Of a stretch of 63,842 bases of DNA, positions 46,727 through 56,704 are shown piece after piece (within the stretch, counting starts at the first letter, position 1; each line of letters opens with the position of its first letter). Below the pieces are notes generated by a model. It saw only the letters and a program-made list of their open reading frames with translations, was not told where the DNA came from and did not search any database. Source of the stretch: a bacterium (GTDB taxonomy: Bacteria; Patescibacteriota; Minisyncoccia; UBA6257; GWB1-50-10); contig DAIDAY010000002.1 of NCBI GenBank assembly GCA_027310365.1, positions 1 through 63,842 on the forward strand, given 5' to 3'. The position numbers and the translations under genes were made by a program.

Positions 46727-47818
46727 TTATTTTTTCTTTAAAGATTTTACTTTGAGTTTCGGCCTGGCTTCTTTGGCGAGCGCTCTCAAAAATTCTCCCA
46801 CATCGGCGTGAGCGACGCCGATATAACTATCGGCTGCTCCGTAATAAACCAAAAGTTCTTCATTTTTGACGACCGCTCCGGTCACATACACCACCCCGGC
46901 CTTAAAACCGTTATTTTCGTAATCTTCCTCCGGCTCCAACACTGGTTCTGGGGACCGATGAAGAATTTTTGCCGGATCGCGTAGATCGAGAAGCATGACG
47001 CCGACCTTATATTTGCCCGGGTCATTTTCATCCATGGCCTGATAGAACAAAAGCCACCCCGCCGCCGTTTTCACCGGCGGCGCGCCCGCTCCTCTTGGCC
47101 AATTATCCCAGCAATTTTTTCTTCGGAAGTCGCCGTCATGATGGCTTTCTATATACTCGCCTTCTTTGAATTCCAGAGTGTCGCGAAAAGCAATGGCTAT
47201 TTCTGGGCAGATGCTGTGCAAAATGGCGTATTGGCCCCGGATTCTTTCCGGAAAAATAACCCAGTTTTTATGAACTTCGCCGGGCCTTGAAATCAGTTGC
47301 GGCGGCTTCCATGCCCATTTTTTATCGAGAAAATTCTTGGTTGTAATTGAAGTAAGAGCAACACCCAGTCCGTTGTCGCAGGCGGTATATGTCATGTAGA
47401 GAACATCTTCCTCGTTGATTTGAACGATGCGAGGGTCCTCGGCTCCCCCCAGACTCCCGCCGGAAAAACAAGAAAAAACGGTGAAGGACGGTTTTTTTAT
47501 TTCGTGTTCATAAACGGGATGGGGGAGCCGGTTGTCAATGTGAAATCCATCCCTCGAGGCGGCATATCCTAAACGAGAAACCCCATCTTTTCCGATCGCG
47601 CGATAGAGAAAATGGACTTGAGCGTCGAGCAAAACGACGCCGGGGTTGAATGTTTGCCATGCCTCCCAGCCGTTTTCTTGATTCGGTAAAATGATCGGGT
47701 TTTCCGCGAACTTGGCCAGCTCAAGGCTGGTTTTTTTCTTCCGTTTGGGCGCCGCCCGTTTTCTGCCACGGGACACCCTTTTCGGTTTTGCGGCTTTTTT
47801 CATGTTGATCATTTTCAT
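46727..47818 (-). CDS. GH130 glycosidase with Lys-rich N-terminus
   Basis: TFNPG, LYRA, EDPR, KNW, YYGAAD. Confidence 0.88.
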   Translation of the reverse strand: MKMINMKKAAKPKRVSRGRKRAAPKRKKKTSLELAKFAENPIILPNQENGWEAWQTFNPGVVLLDAQVHFLYRAIGKDGVSRLGYAASRDGFHIDNRLPHPVYEHEIKKPSFTVFSCFSGGSLGGAEDPRIVQINEEDVLYMTYTACDNGLGVALTSITTKNFLDKKWAWKPPQLISRPGEVHKNWVIFPERIRGQYAILHSICPEIAIAFRDTLEFKEGEYIESHHDGDFRRKNCWDNWPRGAGAPPVKTAAGWLLFYQAMDENDPGKYKVGVMLLDLRDPAKILHRSPEPVLEPEEDYENNGFKAGVVYVTGAVVKNEELLVYYGAADSYIGVAHADVGEFLRALAKEARPKLKVKSLKKK

Positions 47819-47901
47819 TTTACAACTCTTCGCGGCTTTTATCTCGCGCTTCCCCTGAAAACCGCGTGCTCTTGCCGGGGAAGTGTTGAAGATTGACGCA
47901 G

Positions 47902-48117
47902 TTAATGAACATGATTGTTCCGGTCTTTATCGCCGTGTTTCGCCAGGTGATGAGGCAAAGAAAGGGAGATAATCATCGAGAGGATGAACACCCAGGCGCT
48001 TCCCAGATACAGATCCAGGCTGGTAATGCCCGATTTTGACAGAGCACCAACCACGAAGAGGGCTGTGAGAAACAGCGAGAGGCCGAGGGCGACGAAGAAT
48101 GGTTTGTTGTTCAACAT
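47902..48117 (-). CDS. Small 2-TM protein with His-containing tail
   Basis: Two hydrophobic helices, directly downstream of copA. Confidence 0.6.
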   Translation of the reverse strand: MLNNKPFFVALGLSLFLTALFVVGALSKSGITSLDLYLGSAWVFILSMIISLSLPHHLAKHGDKDRNNHVH

Positions 48118-48133
48118 GATTTCAACCCATGAT

Positions 48134-50467
48134 TTATATGGGCTTCGGCTGGTAGCGCTTTAGCCGCAAGGTATTCAAGGTAACCGAAACCGAGCTGACG
48201 GCCATGAACAATCCCGCCAGTTCGGGGCTGACCAACAGTCGCAGGGGTGGATAGAGAATACCGGCTGCGATCGGCACTCCCAAGGCATTGTAGACGAACG
48301 CCCAAAAGAGGTTTTCCTTGATCTTGCTCATGGTCTTTTTACTCAAATCGAAAGCTGAAATAATGTCGCGCAAATCGTCCTTGACCAGGATGATCTGGCC
48401 GGCTTCTTTGGCGATATCCGAACCGCTGCCGATGGCGATGCCGACCTCCGCCTGCGTGAGCGCAGGCGCGTCGTTGATGCCGTCGCCGACCATCGCTACT
48501 TTATATCCTTCTTTCTGAATTTTTTTGATTTCTTCCGCTTTGCGTTCCGGTAACACCTCGGCCAGTACGTCCTTGATGCCGATCTTGGCCGCTATGGCTT
48601 TGGCGGTCCTCTGATTATCGCCGGTCAGCATCACTGCTTTCATGCCCAATGCCTGCAGTTTCTGCACCGCCTTTTTCGAATTCTCCTTGAGGGTATCCGC
48701 CACGCCGATGAGGCCCTGGATTCTGCCGTCTGCGGCGAGGATCATGACGGTCTTGCCCTCTCCCTCCAATGTTTCCATTTGCGCCGCCAGCGCCGCCGGT
48801 ACCGGAATGTTCTTGTCGGCCATTAGCGATCTGTTTCCTAAATAAATCTGCTTTCCGCCTACTCGAGCTTTTATTCCGTGCCCCGGAATTGCTTCAAAGT
48901 CGGAGATCTTTTCCATGACCATGCCTTTTTCCTCCGCTGCCTTGACGATGGCTTCGCCCAAGGGATGCTCGGAACCCTTTTCCGCCGAAGCCGCCAGGCG
49001 CAGGACTTCAGTTTCTTCCGCATCGGCGCTTTTCACCAGATCGGTGAGCGACGGCTGGCCCTTGGTCAGCGTGCCGGTTTTATCCAGCACGACCACTTGG
49101 ATTTTGGAAGCCCGTTCCAGCGCATCCCCGCCGCGGATCAGAATGCCCTTTTCTGCTCCTTTGGCCGTGCCGGCCATGATCGCACTCGGGGTGGCGAGGC
49201 CTACCGCGCAGGGGCAGGAGATGATGAGAACGGTGATGCTCAGGAGGACCGCGAACACGGAGGCCGGCACCGATGACAGCACCGTGCTCGAAAGCAGGAA
49301 TTTACTGCCCGCGGCAAAAAAGAGGTCATAACCGGCGAAAAACCAGAAAAGGAACACCAGGAGGGCGATGACATGGACGATGAGGATAAAATTGGCCGAT
49401 ACCTTGTCCGCCAACTTTTGAATCTTCGGCTTGGCGAGCTGAGCCTCTTCGATGAATTTGACGATCTGGGAAAGCATGGTGTCTTTCCCGATTTTGACCG
49501 CCTCGCATGTGATGAGGCCGCTCTTGTTGATGGTGGCGCCGATAACGGGATCGCCGGCTCTTTTCTCCACCGGAATGCTTTCACCGGTGATCATCGATTC
49601 GTCGACGGCTGAGTACCCTTCGCGAACGATGCCGTCCACCGGAATCTTTTCTCCGGGCTTGACGATGATCAAGTCGCCGACCACGATCGCATCGATGTCA
49701 ATCACGGCTTCCGCGCCGTTTCTCACCACCCGGGCTGTTTTGACCTTCAGGCCCATGAGTTTTTTGATAGCCTCCGAGGCGCGGCCCCGCGTCAGAGCCT
49801 CCAGATAACGGCCGAGCACCAGAAAAGCGATGAGCAGCGCCGCGGTTTCAAAAAACGCCACTTTCGGTCCGCCGAAGCCGGCATTGGGGAAGAGGGTGTT
49901 TATGATTCCCAAGATGTAAGCCGCGCCGGTGCCGGTGGCGACCAGTAAGTTCATATCGGTGAATCCGTGTTTGAGACCGCGATACGTGCCGACAAAAAAC
50001 TGCCGGCCGGGGCCGAACATCAAAGGCGTGGTCAGGAGCCAAAGCACATAGCTGTTGCTTAAAATTCCGGGCACAAACGCGCTCAAGCCAAGATATTCCC
50101 GGAAAGTTCCCAGCATGACCGGTATGGCGATCAGCCAGGAAATGACGGCGTAATTTCTTTGGCGTCTCACCTCTTCCCGGTGATTCTTCGCCTCTTTTTC
50201 GCCGGCGGTCTCTTCCTCCATTCCGCTTTCGGCAAAAGCCTTGTAGCCGAGGTTGGCGGTGATTTTCTGAGCCACTTCGGCGGCGCCGATCACGCTCCCG
50301 TCGAGCTCGACGAACGCTTTTTCCAGCGGGAAGCTGACCTCGACCGACCGTACGCCGGGGAGCGTTCTGATGAAACCTTCAATGTTCCGCGCGCAGCTTA
50401 CGCACGTCATCCCTTCGATGCTGATTTGCGTTCTTGAGGTCATCGATGTGTCATGATGGTCATTCAC
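48134..50467 (-). CDS. copA: Cu(I)-exporting P1B-1 ATPase
   Basis: GMTCVSC, TGES, CPC, DKTGT, SEHP, GDGIND, YN, MAVSS. Confidence 0.95.
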   Translation of the reverse strand: MNDHHDTSMTSRTQISIEGMTCVSCARNIEGFIRTLPGVRSVEVSFPLEKAFVELDGSVIGAAEVAQKITANLGYKAFAESGMEEETAGEKEAKNHREEVRRQRNYAVISWLIAIPVMLGTFREYLGLSAFVPGILSNSYVLWLLTTPLMFGPGRQFFVGTYRGLKHGFTDMNLLVATGTGAAYILGIINTLFPNAGFGGPKVAFFETAALLIAFLVLGRYLEALTRGRASEAIKKLMGLKVKTARVVRNGAEAVIDIDAIVVGDLIIVKPGEKIPVDGIVREGYSAVDESMITGESIPVEKRAGDPVIGATINKSGLITCEAVKIGKDTMLSQIVKFIEEAQLAKPKIQKLADKVSANFILIVHVIALLVFLFWFFAGYDLFFAAGSKFLLSSTVLSSVPASVFAVLLSITVLIISCPCAVGLATPSAIMAGTAKGAEKGILIRGGDALERASKIQVVVLDKTGTLTKGQPSLTDLVKSADAEETEVLRLAASAEKGSEHPLGEAIVKAAEEKGMVMEKISDFEAIPGHGIKARVGGKQIYLGNRSLMADKNIPVPAALAAQMETLEGEGKTVMILAADGRIQGLIGVADTLKENSKKAVQKLQALGMKAVMLTGDNQRTAKAIAAKIGIKDVLAEVLPERKAEEIKKIQKEGYKVAMVGDGINDAPALTQAEVGIAIGSGSDIAKEAGQIILVKDDLRDIISAFDLSKKTMSKIKENLFWAFVYNALGVPIAAGILYPPLRLLVSPELAGLFMAVSSVSVTLNTLRLKRYQPKPI

Positions 50468-50480
50468 GATTCCTTCCGAT

Positions 50481-50510
50481 AGGATATACCCCCACCCCCT
50501 ATATTGTCAA
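50481..50510 (-). promoter_or_regulatory. Promoter with CsoR-type operator
   Basis: TTGACA-18-TATCCT overlapping TATACCCCCACCCCCTATA. Confidence 0.72.
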
Positions 50511-50814
50511 GAGGCCGGAGACGTCCATCGTCCTCGCCCGGCGTCTCAACGATTGCCGTTCTTTTTTGCGCGATTGCGCGTCATGGCGCCGGTTTGCATT
50601 TTTTCCGGATTCGATGTTCATGGGTGCCCGATCACAAGAATGCGAAGATCGATGCGAACGACAGCTCCTCAAGCGGAACTCCCCGAAACCGAAACGCCCG
50701 AAACGGCTTTCAAATGCCATACCGCCTCGACAGAGCCGGGAGATACGGCGGTGAGCGCAAGAAAGCGATAAGAAGAAAAGGCCGAGAAGGCGCATATCGC
50801 ATGATGGTTGGGCG

Positions 50815-51963
50815 TTAACGCACGCTATTCCAGCCGCCGACAATGCCGTTTTTGGACAGGACGATTTGCCAAAGCTGTATTTTGCGCGCCCGGAACGCTC
50901 CGGCGCACGACAATAAATAGTATTTCCACGTTCTGTAAAACTTCTCGTCGTAGTTGCTCCTCAATCTTGGCCACGCTTTTTCAAAGTTGGCATGCCAGGC
51001 CATCAAGGTTTTATCGTAATCTGCGCTAAAATTGTGCCAATCTTCCATGACAAAAAGATTTTCGATCGCAGCGCCCAGTTGTTTGATTGAGGGCAGGTGG
51101 CTGTTGGGGAAAATATATTTTGCCATCCACGGATCTGTCGTTGTCGTCGATCGCTCTTTGCCAATGGTGTGCAACAAAAACAATCCATCATCTTTCAGGT
51201 TGCGATGAACCACCCGCAGGTACGTTTTGTAATTTTTATAGCCGACATGTTCGATCATTCCCACTGAAACAATGCGATCAAATTTTTCACCTGCGCCGAG
51301 CACAGTTGAGGAGTCGATATCCCGATAATCCTGCAAGCTGATCTCAATGGGCAAACCTTTGCATAAATCTCTCGCAAGCTCCACCTGCTCTTGGGAAACA
51401 GTAATGCCCACTGCGCGAACGCCGTACTTGAGAGCGGCATGTTTCATGAAAGTTCCCCAGCCGCAGCCGATATCGAGAATTTTCATGCCGCTTTTAAGGC
51501 CAAGTTTCCGGCACATCAGATCGAATTTAGCTTCCTGGGCTTTGTCTAAATCATTGGCCGGCGGATTACCGCTCCAATAGCCGCAGGAGTAAGCCATGGA
51601 TTTCCCCAGCATCGGGATGAATAAATCATTGCCCGTGTCATAATGCTTTTCACCGATGATAAAAGCGCGGTTACGAGACTGCTGGTTAAAAAGTTTCGCC
51701 GATACGGCTCGCCAAAGCAAGGGCCAGTTTCCTTTCACCTTTTCGTCCAGCCGGGAACGCAGTACCCGATAAAAAAATTCGTCCAGCCGGTCGGAATCCC
51801 ACCAGCCGTCCATGTATGCTTCGCCCAAACCCAAAGAGCCTTCGCGAAGCACGCGGTCAAATATCCGTTCGTCGTGAACGCGCATATCCCACGGATTATT
51901 GCCGTTCAGATGTATGCCGACCGAGAGAAGCAGCTTTTGGGCGATGATTTGGTTATTCGCCAT
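50815..51963 (-). CDS. cfa: Cyclopropane-fatty-acyl-phospholipid synthase
   Basis: GSLGLGEAYMDGWW, HYD.GN, YSCGYW, LDIGCGWG, SVGM.EHVG, KYIFP. Confidence 0.95.
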   Translation of the reverse strand: MANNQIIAQKLLLSVGIHLNGNNPWDMRVHDERIFDRVLREGSLGLGEAYMDGWWDSDRLDEFFYRVLRSRLDEKVKGNWPLLWRAVSAKLFNQQSRNRAFIIGEKHYDTGNDLFIPMLGKSMAYSCGYWSGNPPANDLDKAQEAKFDLMCRKLGLKSGMKILDIGCGWGTFMKHAALKYGVRAVGITVSQEQVELARDLCKGLPIEISLQDYRDIDSSTVLGAGEKFDRIVSVGMIEHVGYKNYKTYLRVVHRNLKDDGLFLLHTIGKERSTTTTDPWMAKYIFPNSHLPSIKQLGAAIENLFVMEDWHNFSADYDKTLMAWHANFEKAWPRLRSNYDEKFYRTWKYYLLSCAGAFRARKIQLWQIVLSKNGIVGGWNSVR

Positions 51964-51968
51964 TCTTG

Positions 51969-52442
51969 TTAAAAATTCAGTTGCCAAGTAAAAACTCTCA
52001 CCGCATCGGCTATTCCGGTTATTTTCAATTCAATCGAACGGGAGGGTAGCGCAATTGGGTTGAACGCAAGCGTTCCTTCCCGGTGGTGGCCGCCGACGGG
52101 CCCGTCCCAGCTGATCGGTTTGTATTCTTTTCCTTGATCATCGATGAGAATCGCGGACTTCGTGAGATCTTGATCTAATGCCACCGAATGCGTATTCATG
52201 ACGATATCGAATTTCCACCCGCCAGGTTGGGCTGAAAGATCAACCGGCGTTACCGCGATCGTAACTCCGCTTTGATTATTGGTTTTCGTCTCCCACTGTT
52301 TTGGTTGAGAGCCGGCTCGTCCCCGGTTTTGCTCAACCGGCGGCGATTTCGCAAACGGAACGCCGTTCAAACCGGCGACTATCGCAACCGCCGCCCCAAC
52401 GACCGCGACGGCGGCCGAAAGATAAAGATATTTTTTATTCAT
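51969..52442 (-). CDS. Exported protein with NTHS / GGHH motifs
   Basis: N-terminal TM, F.I.MNTHSV.L, GGHHREG.L.F. Confidence 0.7.
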   Translation of the reverse strand: MNKKYLYLSAAVAVVGAAVAIVAGLNGVPFAKSPPVEQNRGRAGSQPKQWETKTNNQSGVTIAVTPVDLSAQPGGWKFDIVMNTHSVALDQDLTKSAILIDDQGKEYKPISWDGPVGGHHREGTLAFNPIALPSRSIELKITGIADAVRVFTWQLNF

Positions 52443-52875
52443 GGCGTTTCTTGAAACGAATTATTTTATTGCCGATAAAGGCGATCCCGCCGAGATTGAA
52501 AGCGAGTCCGATCCAGAAGAACTGCGTTTGGTACTGAGCGACAAAAGTGACGACCCCGATGGTTCCCAGAACCGGAAGGATGTTCACGAGATAATGCGTA
52601 CAGCAGGAAATCATCGAAAGCGCGGAGGTCGTTCCAGTTACAGCAACCGTCTTGCCCGCGCTGTTTCTTTCGACCAGTTGTTTCAAGCGGGAGTACAACC
52701 CGATTTGAATGCCGAAGCCGACTGCGAGGCTGACGATGAAGTACCAAAAAGCGGCGAACTGGCTTTGAGCGAAATTCCATCCCGAAACGAGCGTGAGCGC
52801 CGTAAAATAAATCCCGAGCAAGATCGCGCTGGCGGCAACCCCGTTTAAAAAAGGTTTTATGCGGTTGTTTGACAT
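52435..52875 (-). CDS. 4-TM protein with SM..CC.H motif
   Basis: GFG.Q.GL and SMISCCTHYL. Confidence 0.7.
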   Translation of the reverse strand: MSNNRIKPFLNGVAASAILLGIYFTALTLVSGWNFAQSQFAAFWYFIVSLAVGFGIQIGLYSRLKQLVERNSAGKTVAVTGTTSALSMISCCTHYLVNILPVLGTIGVVTFVAQYQTQFFWIGLAFNLGGIAFIGNKIIRFKKRHE

Positions 52876-52879
52876 GGCG

Positions 52880-53164
52880 CTATTTCGGCTTTTCGCCTTC
52901 GTGTTCTCTACGGCCGTTTCGGGTGGCGTCGCCGTGATCGACGGCCTCGTTTTCGGAGCCGTCGCGTTCGTGGTTCGGGGCACGATGTCCGCGCACCATT
53001 GCCCAGAAATGAACCAAGATGAAACCGGCAATAAGGATCGGCCACCAGGAGGATTTCCCGATGAACAGCTTATCTCCGCCGAAAAACAAAACGGCCAAAA
53101 ACAGGGCGCCGGGAATCATTGTCCATCGCATTGAAGAATTATTCTTGCCGTCGTGATGGTGCAT
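52880..53164 (-). CDS. Small His-rich 2-TM protein (DUF2933-like)
   Basis: MHHHDG, TM, H..M..GH. Confidence 0.55.
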   Translation of the reverse strand: MHHHDGKNNSSMRWTMIPGALFLAVLFFGGDKLFIGKSSWWPILIAGFILVHFWAMVRGHRAPNHERDGSENEAVDHGDATRNGRREHEGEKPK

Positions 53165-53228
53165 GGAAGACAAACAGAGAGCCGTCCGGGCGATCATTGA
53201 GGCATCGCCGCCGGCCTGCGCAGAAACG

Positions 53229-53489
53229 TCATTTTTCCGATTTGACGATGCTGGCGTTGTGCATCCAGACGAAATACCAGGCGAAAATCCAGGCGAAGAC
53301 GAACACTCCGGCGGCTCCCGCGATAATGCTGCCCGCATTTATCCAGGTAAAACCGGGTAGAAGTTCAAACAACGAATGATGCAATGCAGCGGCTTTGCCG
53401 GCAAGAAGCAGGCCGTAAGCCAGGCAGAGCGCGTACAACGCCTCGAAGCCCAAAACACAGAACCATCCGTATCGTTTAGAGGAAAGCAT
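53229..53489 (-). CDS. Small membrane protein (DUF5676-like)
   Basis: Y.LC...H...F..LPGF.W. Confidence 0.65.
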   Translation of the reverse strand: MLSSKRYGWFCVLGFEALYALCLAYGLLLAGKAAALHHSLFELLPGFTWINAGSIIAGAAGVFVFAWIFAWYFVWMHNASIVKSEK

Positions 53490-53655
53490 AAAATGAGATG
53501 TTATTAATTACCTTTTTCGTTTCTCTTCTCCTTGCGCGGCGATATCGGCCGGAGACGGATGTTCTGCCGTCTCCATCGCTACGGCGGGTAAAATTACTGA
53601 CACAAACAATTTTCCGGCGCTTTCATTGCTGGCGACAGCTGTATACATCGTTGCA

Positions 53656-53868
53656 TTACGCTCTTTGAAAAAATAACTGCAATGTTGCGCCCGCGATGAT
53701 CAGCAGGATACCCGCGAAGGTTAGCAGCCATTCCTTTCGCATCGTCCGCAGCACATCCGTGTCTATTCTCCGTTCTTTGGAAATATGTCGATGCACCGTG
53801 AACACAGCAAGGCCGATGCATACTTTCCCGACGGTATCCAGCACGAGGCCGATCGAAAATAAATTCAT
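53656..53868 (-). CDS. Small 2-TM protein
   Basis: VH.HI.KE..ID..V...M..E; overlaps the upstream stop. Confidence 0.6.
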   Translation of the reverse strand: MNLFSIGLVLDTVGKVCIGLAVFTVHRHISKERRIDTDVLRTMRKEWLLTFAGILLIIAGATLQLFFQRA

Positions 53869-54128
53869 GGCCGGTTCTTCAACGCATCCAATTTCCCGAT
53901 AAATTGGTCTTTATCCAGCGCGCCAGTGGAAAACAATTCGCCGTTGACGATAATGCCGGGGCTGGAAAATATGCCGTACTTTTGAACCAGTGCAACGCCT
54001 TCATCGGAGGTGGCGTCAACTTCCGCGATTTGCATTTCTGGATACTTCGGCTTTAACTCCTCGAAAACCTTCTTTGCCTTGGCGCACTCGTGGCATCCGG
54101 GCACCGTAACGAATTGAATGCTGATCAT
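53865..54128 (-). CDS. Thioredoxin/glutaredoxin-like protein
   Basis: PGCHEC and YGI.S.P..VNG. Confidence 0.85.
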   Translation of the reverse strand: MISIQFVTVPGCHECAKAKKVFEELKPKYPEMQIAEVDATSDEGVALVQKYGIFSSPGIIVNGELFSTGALDKDQFIGKLDALKNRP

Positions 54129-54131
54129 GCT

Positions 54132-54344
54132 CTATTTCTCGGCGATGGCGTAGCCCATCTGCTTAATTGTTTTTTCGACCTCCGGAAAACGAAATGCAGC
54201 GTCGTCGAACGTAACGACCGCCTCCTTATTCTCAAAACTTACTTTCGCCGATTTCACGCCGGGCTGGTTCTGGAGCAGCATTTCAATGGACGCCGCGCAA
54301 CTGCCGCAATCCATCCCGCTGATTGAATATGTTTTGGTTTGCAT
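54132..54344 (-). CDS. copZ: HMA copper chaperone
   Basis: GMDCGSC, GV..A.V, GY. Confidence 0.9.
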   Translation of the reverse strand: MQTKTYSISGMDCGSCAASIEMLLQNQPGVKSAKVSFENKEAVVTFDDAAFRFPEVEKTIKQMGYAIAEK

Positions 54345-54357
54345 TATGGCTTTTTAT

Positions 54358-55596
54358 TTATCCCATCTCGACTCCGATGGGCATGGTCAATAGTCCCCAC
54401 GCTATGAACAAAGAAAGCAGAATCCAGAACGCCTTTCGAGACATTGAATTTCTTTTTTTGAAATAATACCACAGAAGTACGGCTGGCGGCAGAAACACGT
54501 TGATCCACGCACCCAGCCAGACGAAGGGAACCGTGGTTTCAAACTGCTGGATCGGGATGTTCGCTTCCGTAACCGTGCCTCCTATTTTGCCAAAAAGCAT
54601 GTTTAACCCTTCGTGGAAAACGGAACCCTCGTACCAAAGATGTCCGAAAACGCCGTTCAAGATGATGAAAGATGCGATGACTATGAGCGCCCAGCCAGTG
54701 ATCTTGTCGACCGTGGCCCTCCGCTTCAAAAGACTCGTCGCGGCGTTCACTCCTATAATGCCGAGAACCGAAAGAAAGATGAGGGGCAGAACCCGGCCAA
54801 GGCCGTTCACCGCCATGTACCAGGCCCCGACAGCCGCGCTGCCCGTTCCGGCCGCAGCGGCGAGAATCAAATATGTAACGGGGTTTGGACAGCCGATGCC
54901 GGCGTTGCCGAGGAAAAGGCCCAAAAAGAGGGATTTCGCGTAATCCGACTGGCGCTGAATGAAAGCCGGCACCTTCGAGTACGAAGGCATTGCAAACGAA
55001 ATAAGTGCGAGTTCCGCAAGGCCGAAAATGAGAGCGGCGATTCCGGCAACGATGTAAAGATATTTCGTCGCTTGATCCAAACCGAGATACTTTCCCACCA
55101 GCGCGATGGCCGCTCCGTAGATCGCGAGCGTCACGACAAGTCCAAGGCTGAAAAGAAGAGCCATGGTCAGCCCCTTTTTGTATCCCTTGCCCATGGAAAG
55201 CGGCACGATGATGAAAACGAGCGGCAACGTGCAGGGCAGGACGATGTTTGATACGCCGCCCGCAAAGGAAAGGATGGTAGTCAGCGTCTTTGCCGGAGAG
55301 GTGGCAAGATAGGTGATTGCAATGATGATCGCCGTGAGAAGGCCGAAAGCAAGACTGACGAAAAATATTTTTGTTTTTTGGCTAGGTTTCAGAGCGACGT
55401 TTTCTTCCGGCGCCGGCTCTGCCGGCCCTGCCACAACTTCTTCCTTTGCCTGAAAGGCGGCGATGAAGCCGAACGTCAGGAGAAAAATCGCGATCAGTGT
55501 GTTCAGCGGGTGAATGCCGTGTGCAAAAAAACTCGTGAAGACAAAATAGAGAACGGCTCCGATGATGAGAAAAAGACCGGTTTTTTTCCGCTCCAT
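54358..55596 (-). CDS. Extended CcdA/DsbD-beta family protein
   Basis: F.GG...LPCTLP and GCPNP with extra TM helices. Confidence 0.78.
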   Translation of the reverse strand: MERKKTGLFLIIGAVLYFVFTSFFAHGIHPLNTLIAIFLLTFGFIAAFQAKEEVVAGPAEPAPEENVALKPSQKTKIFFVSLAFGLLTAIIIAITYLATSPAKTLTTILSFAGGVSNIVLPCTLPLVFIIVPLSMGKGYKKGLTMALLFSLGLVVTLAIYGAAIALVGKYLGLDQATKYLYIVAGIAALIFGLAELALISFAMPSYSKVPAFIQRQSDYAKSLFLGLFLGNAGIGCPNPVTYLILAAAAGTGSAAVGAWYMAVNGLGRVLPLIFLSVLGIIGVNAATSLLKRRATVDKITGWALIVIASFIILNGVFGHLWYEGSVFHEGLNMLFGKIGGTVTEANIPIQQFETTVPFVWLGAWINVFLPPAVLLWYYFKKRNSMSRKAFWILLSLFIAWGLLTMPIGVEMG

Positions 55597-55610
55597 GTTT
55601 TTATTCCTGG

Positions 55611-55781
55611 CTAATGGCAGCAGCTGTGGGATCCGTGGGACTGTTCCTTGACCGTTTTTTTCCGGTATTCTTCGCGGCAGTTTTCCGAGCAAAACTTTTT
55701 GCCCCACCCTTCCGGGTATTTTTTGTCTTTTTCCAGCGCCATGCCGCAGACCGGACACTTTTGTTTGAAAAGATTGATCAT
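55611..55781 (-). CDS. 56-aa YHS/TRASH metal-binding protein
   Basis: MINLFKQKCPVCGM...FCSENC...HGSHSCCH; not in the ORF track. Confidence 0.85.
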   Translation of the reverse strand: MINLFKQKCPVCGMALEKDKKYPEGWGKKFCSENCREEYRKKTVKEQSHGSHSCCH

Positions 55782-55790
55782 GTTTTCCGA

Positions 55791-56069
55791 TTATTTATTT
55801 GACAGTGTGTAAACCCTGACGAGCTCCTGCACGGCTTTGTCTATCTCGTCCTTGCGGTTCATGTGGTTTCTCACGTGCGTGCGTAAATGATTTTCCAGCA
55901 TGTAGGCGTCAAGGCTCTTGAGCGACCTTTGGATGGAAAGCGACCGCTCCAGCAGAGTGGGACAGTACACTTCCTTTTCGATTGCCTGAATAAGGCCTTC
56001 AATCTGGCCCCGGATGATTTTCGCGCGGTGGACTGATCTCTTTTTAAGTTTTTGGTCCAATATGAGCAT
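55791..56069 (-). CDS. CsoR/RcnR-family metal-sensing repressor
   Basis: R..II.GQI.GL...IE...YC and LENHL.THV. Confidence 0.88.
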   Translation of the reverse strand: MLILDQKLKKRSVHRAKIIRGQIEGLIQAIEKEVYCPTLLERSLSIQRSLKSLDAYMLENHLRTHVRNHMNRKDEIDKAVQELVRVYTLSNK

Positions 56070-56107
56070 GCAATCCGTTTGCTGGCGGCGCTTCCGCCCC
56101 ATATCAT

Positions 56108-56136
56108 ATCCTATACCCCCATACCCTATATGTCAA
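56108..56136 (-). promoter_or_regulatory. Promoter with CsoR-type operator (autoregulation)
   Basis: TTGACA-17-TAGGAT overlapping TATACCCCCATACCCTATA. Confidence 0.78.
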
Positions 56137-56199
56137 GGGCCAGGATCCGCGCAACCAAAAAAGCCGATGCCGGAAAAGCGTAGGTATTGGATCCGCCCG

Positions 56200-56643
56200 T
56201 TACTCGACTTTGAGCGTGCCGACCATGCCTTGCTCTCGATGGCCGGCAACCGAACAGAAATACGTGTACGTTCCCGCTGGCAGCGAAAATTCCACCGTAT
56301 CGCTTTCTCCGGCGCCAATCGTCCGGGTGGCTATCGTCCGTCTGCCTGCCGCTTGCTGCTCGATCGTCCAGTTATGGATTGCTTGGCCGTTATTTATGAA
56401 AGTGACTCTCGTCCGCTCGCCGGCTTTCATGGTCAGCGTCGCCGGCGAGAATGAAAATTCCGCGCCGATGACGGTTATCGCCTTTGTGCTTGGTTGAGAT
56501 CCCTGCTGCTCCGGTGGCGTTTGCGGCGCAATCAAGCCCTGATTTGACGGCGGGGTCGGCGATTGATATCCGTCGCGCAGCAAAAAGTATCCACCGACGA
56601 GAATGACCGATCCAAGCACGATGATGAATGTTGTTTTAGTCAT
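56200..56643 (-). CDS. Membrane-anchored cupredoxin
   Basis: HN...YTYFCSVAGHREQGM type-1 copper ligands. Confidence 0.9.
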   Translation of the reverse strand: MTKTTFIIVLGSVILVGGYFLLRDGYQSPTPPSNQGLIAPQTPPEQQGSQPSTKAITVIGAEFSFSPATLTMKAGERTRVTFINNGQAIHNWTIEQQAAGRRTIATRTIGAGESDTVEFSLPAGTYTYFCSVAGHREQGMVGTLKVE

Positions 56644-56704
56644 GACATATTGATTTGTCGATATGGTTCAATGGACCAGGCTTGTTCGACCAGGCAAGCC
56701 GTTT

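Noticed and set aside
53507..53650. Possible micro-ORF with VSVILPA, like a GT2 N-terminus
   Set aside because: Too short and no other support
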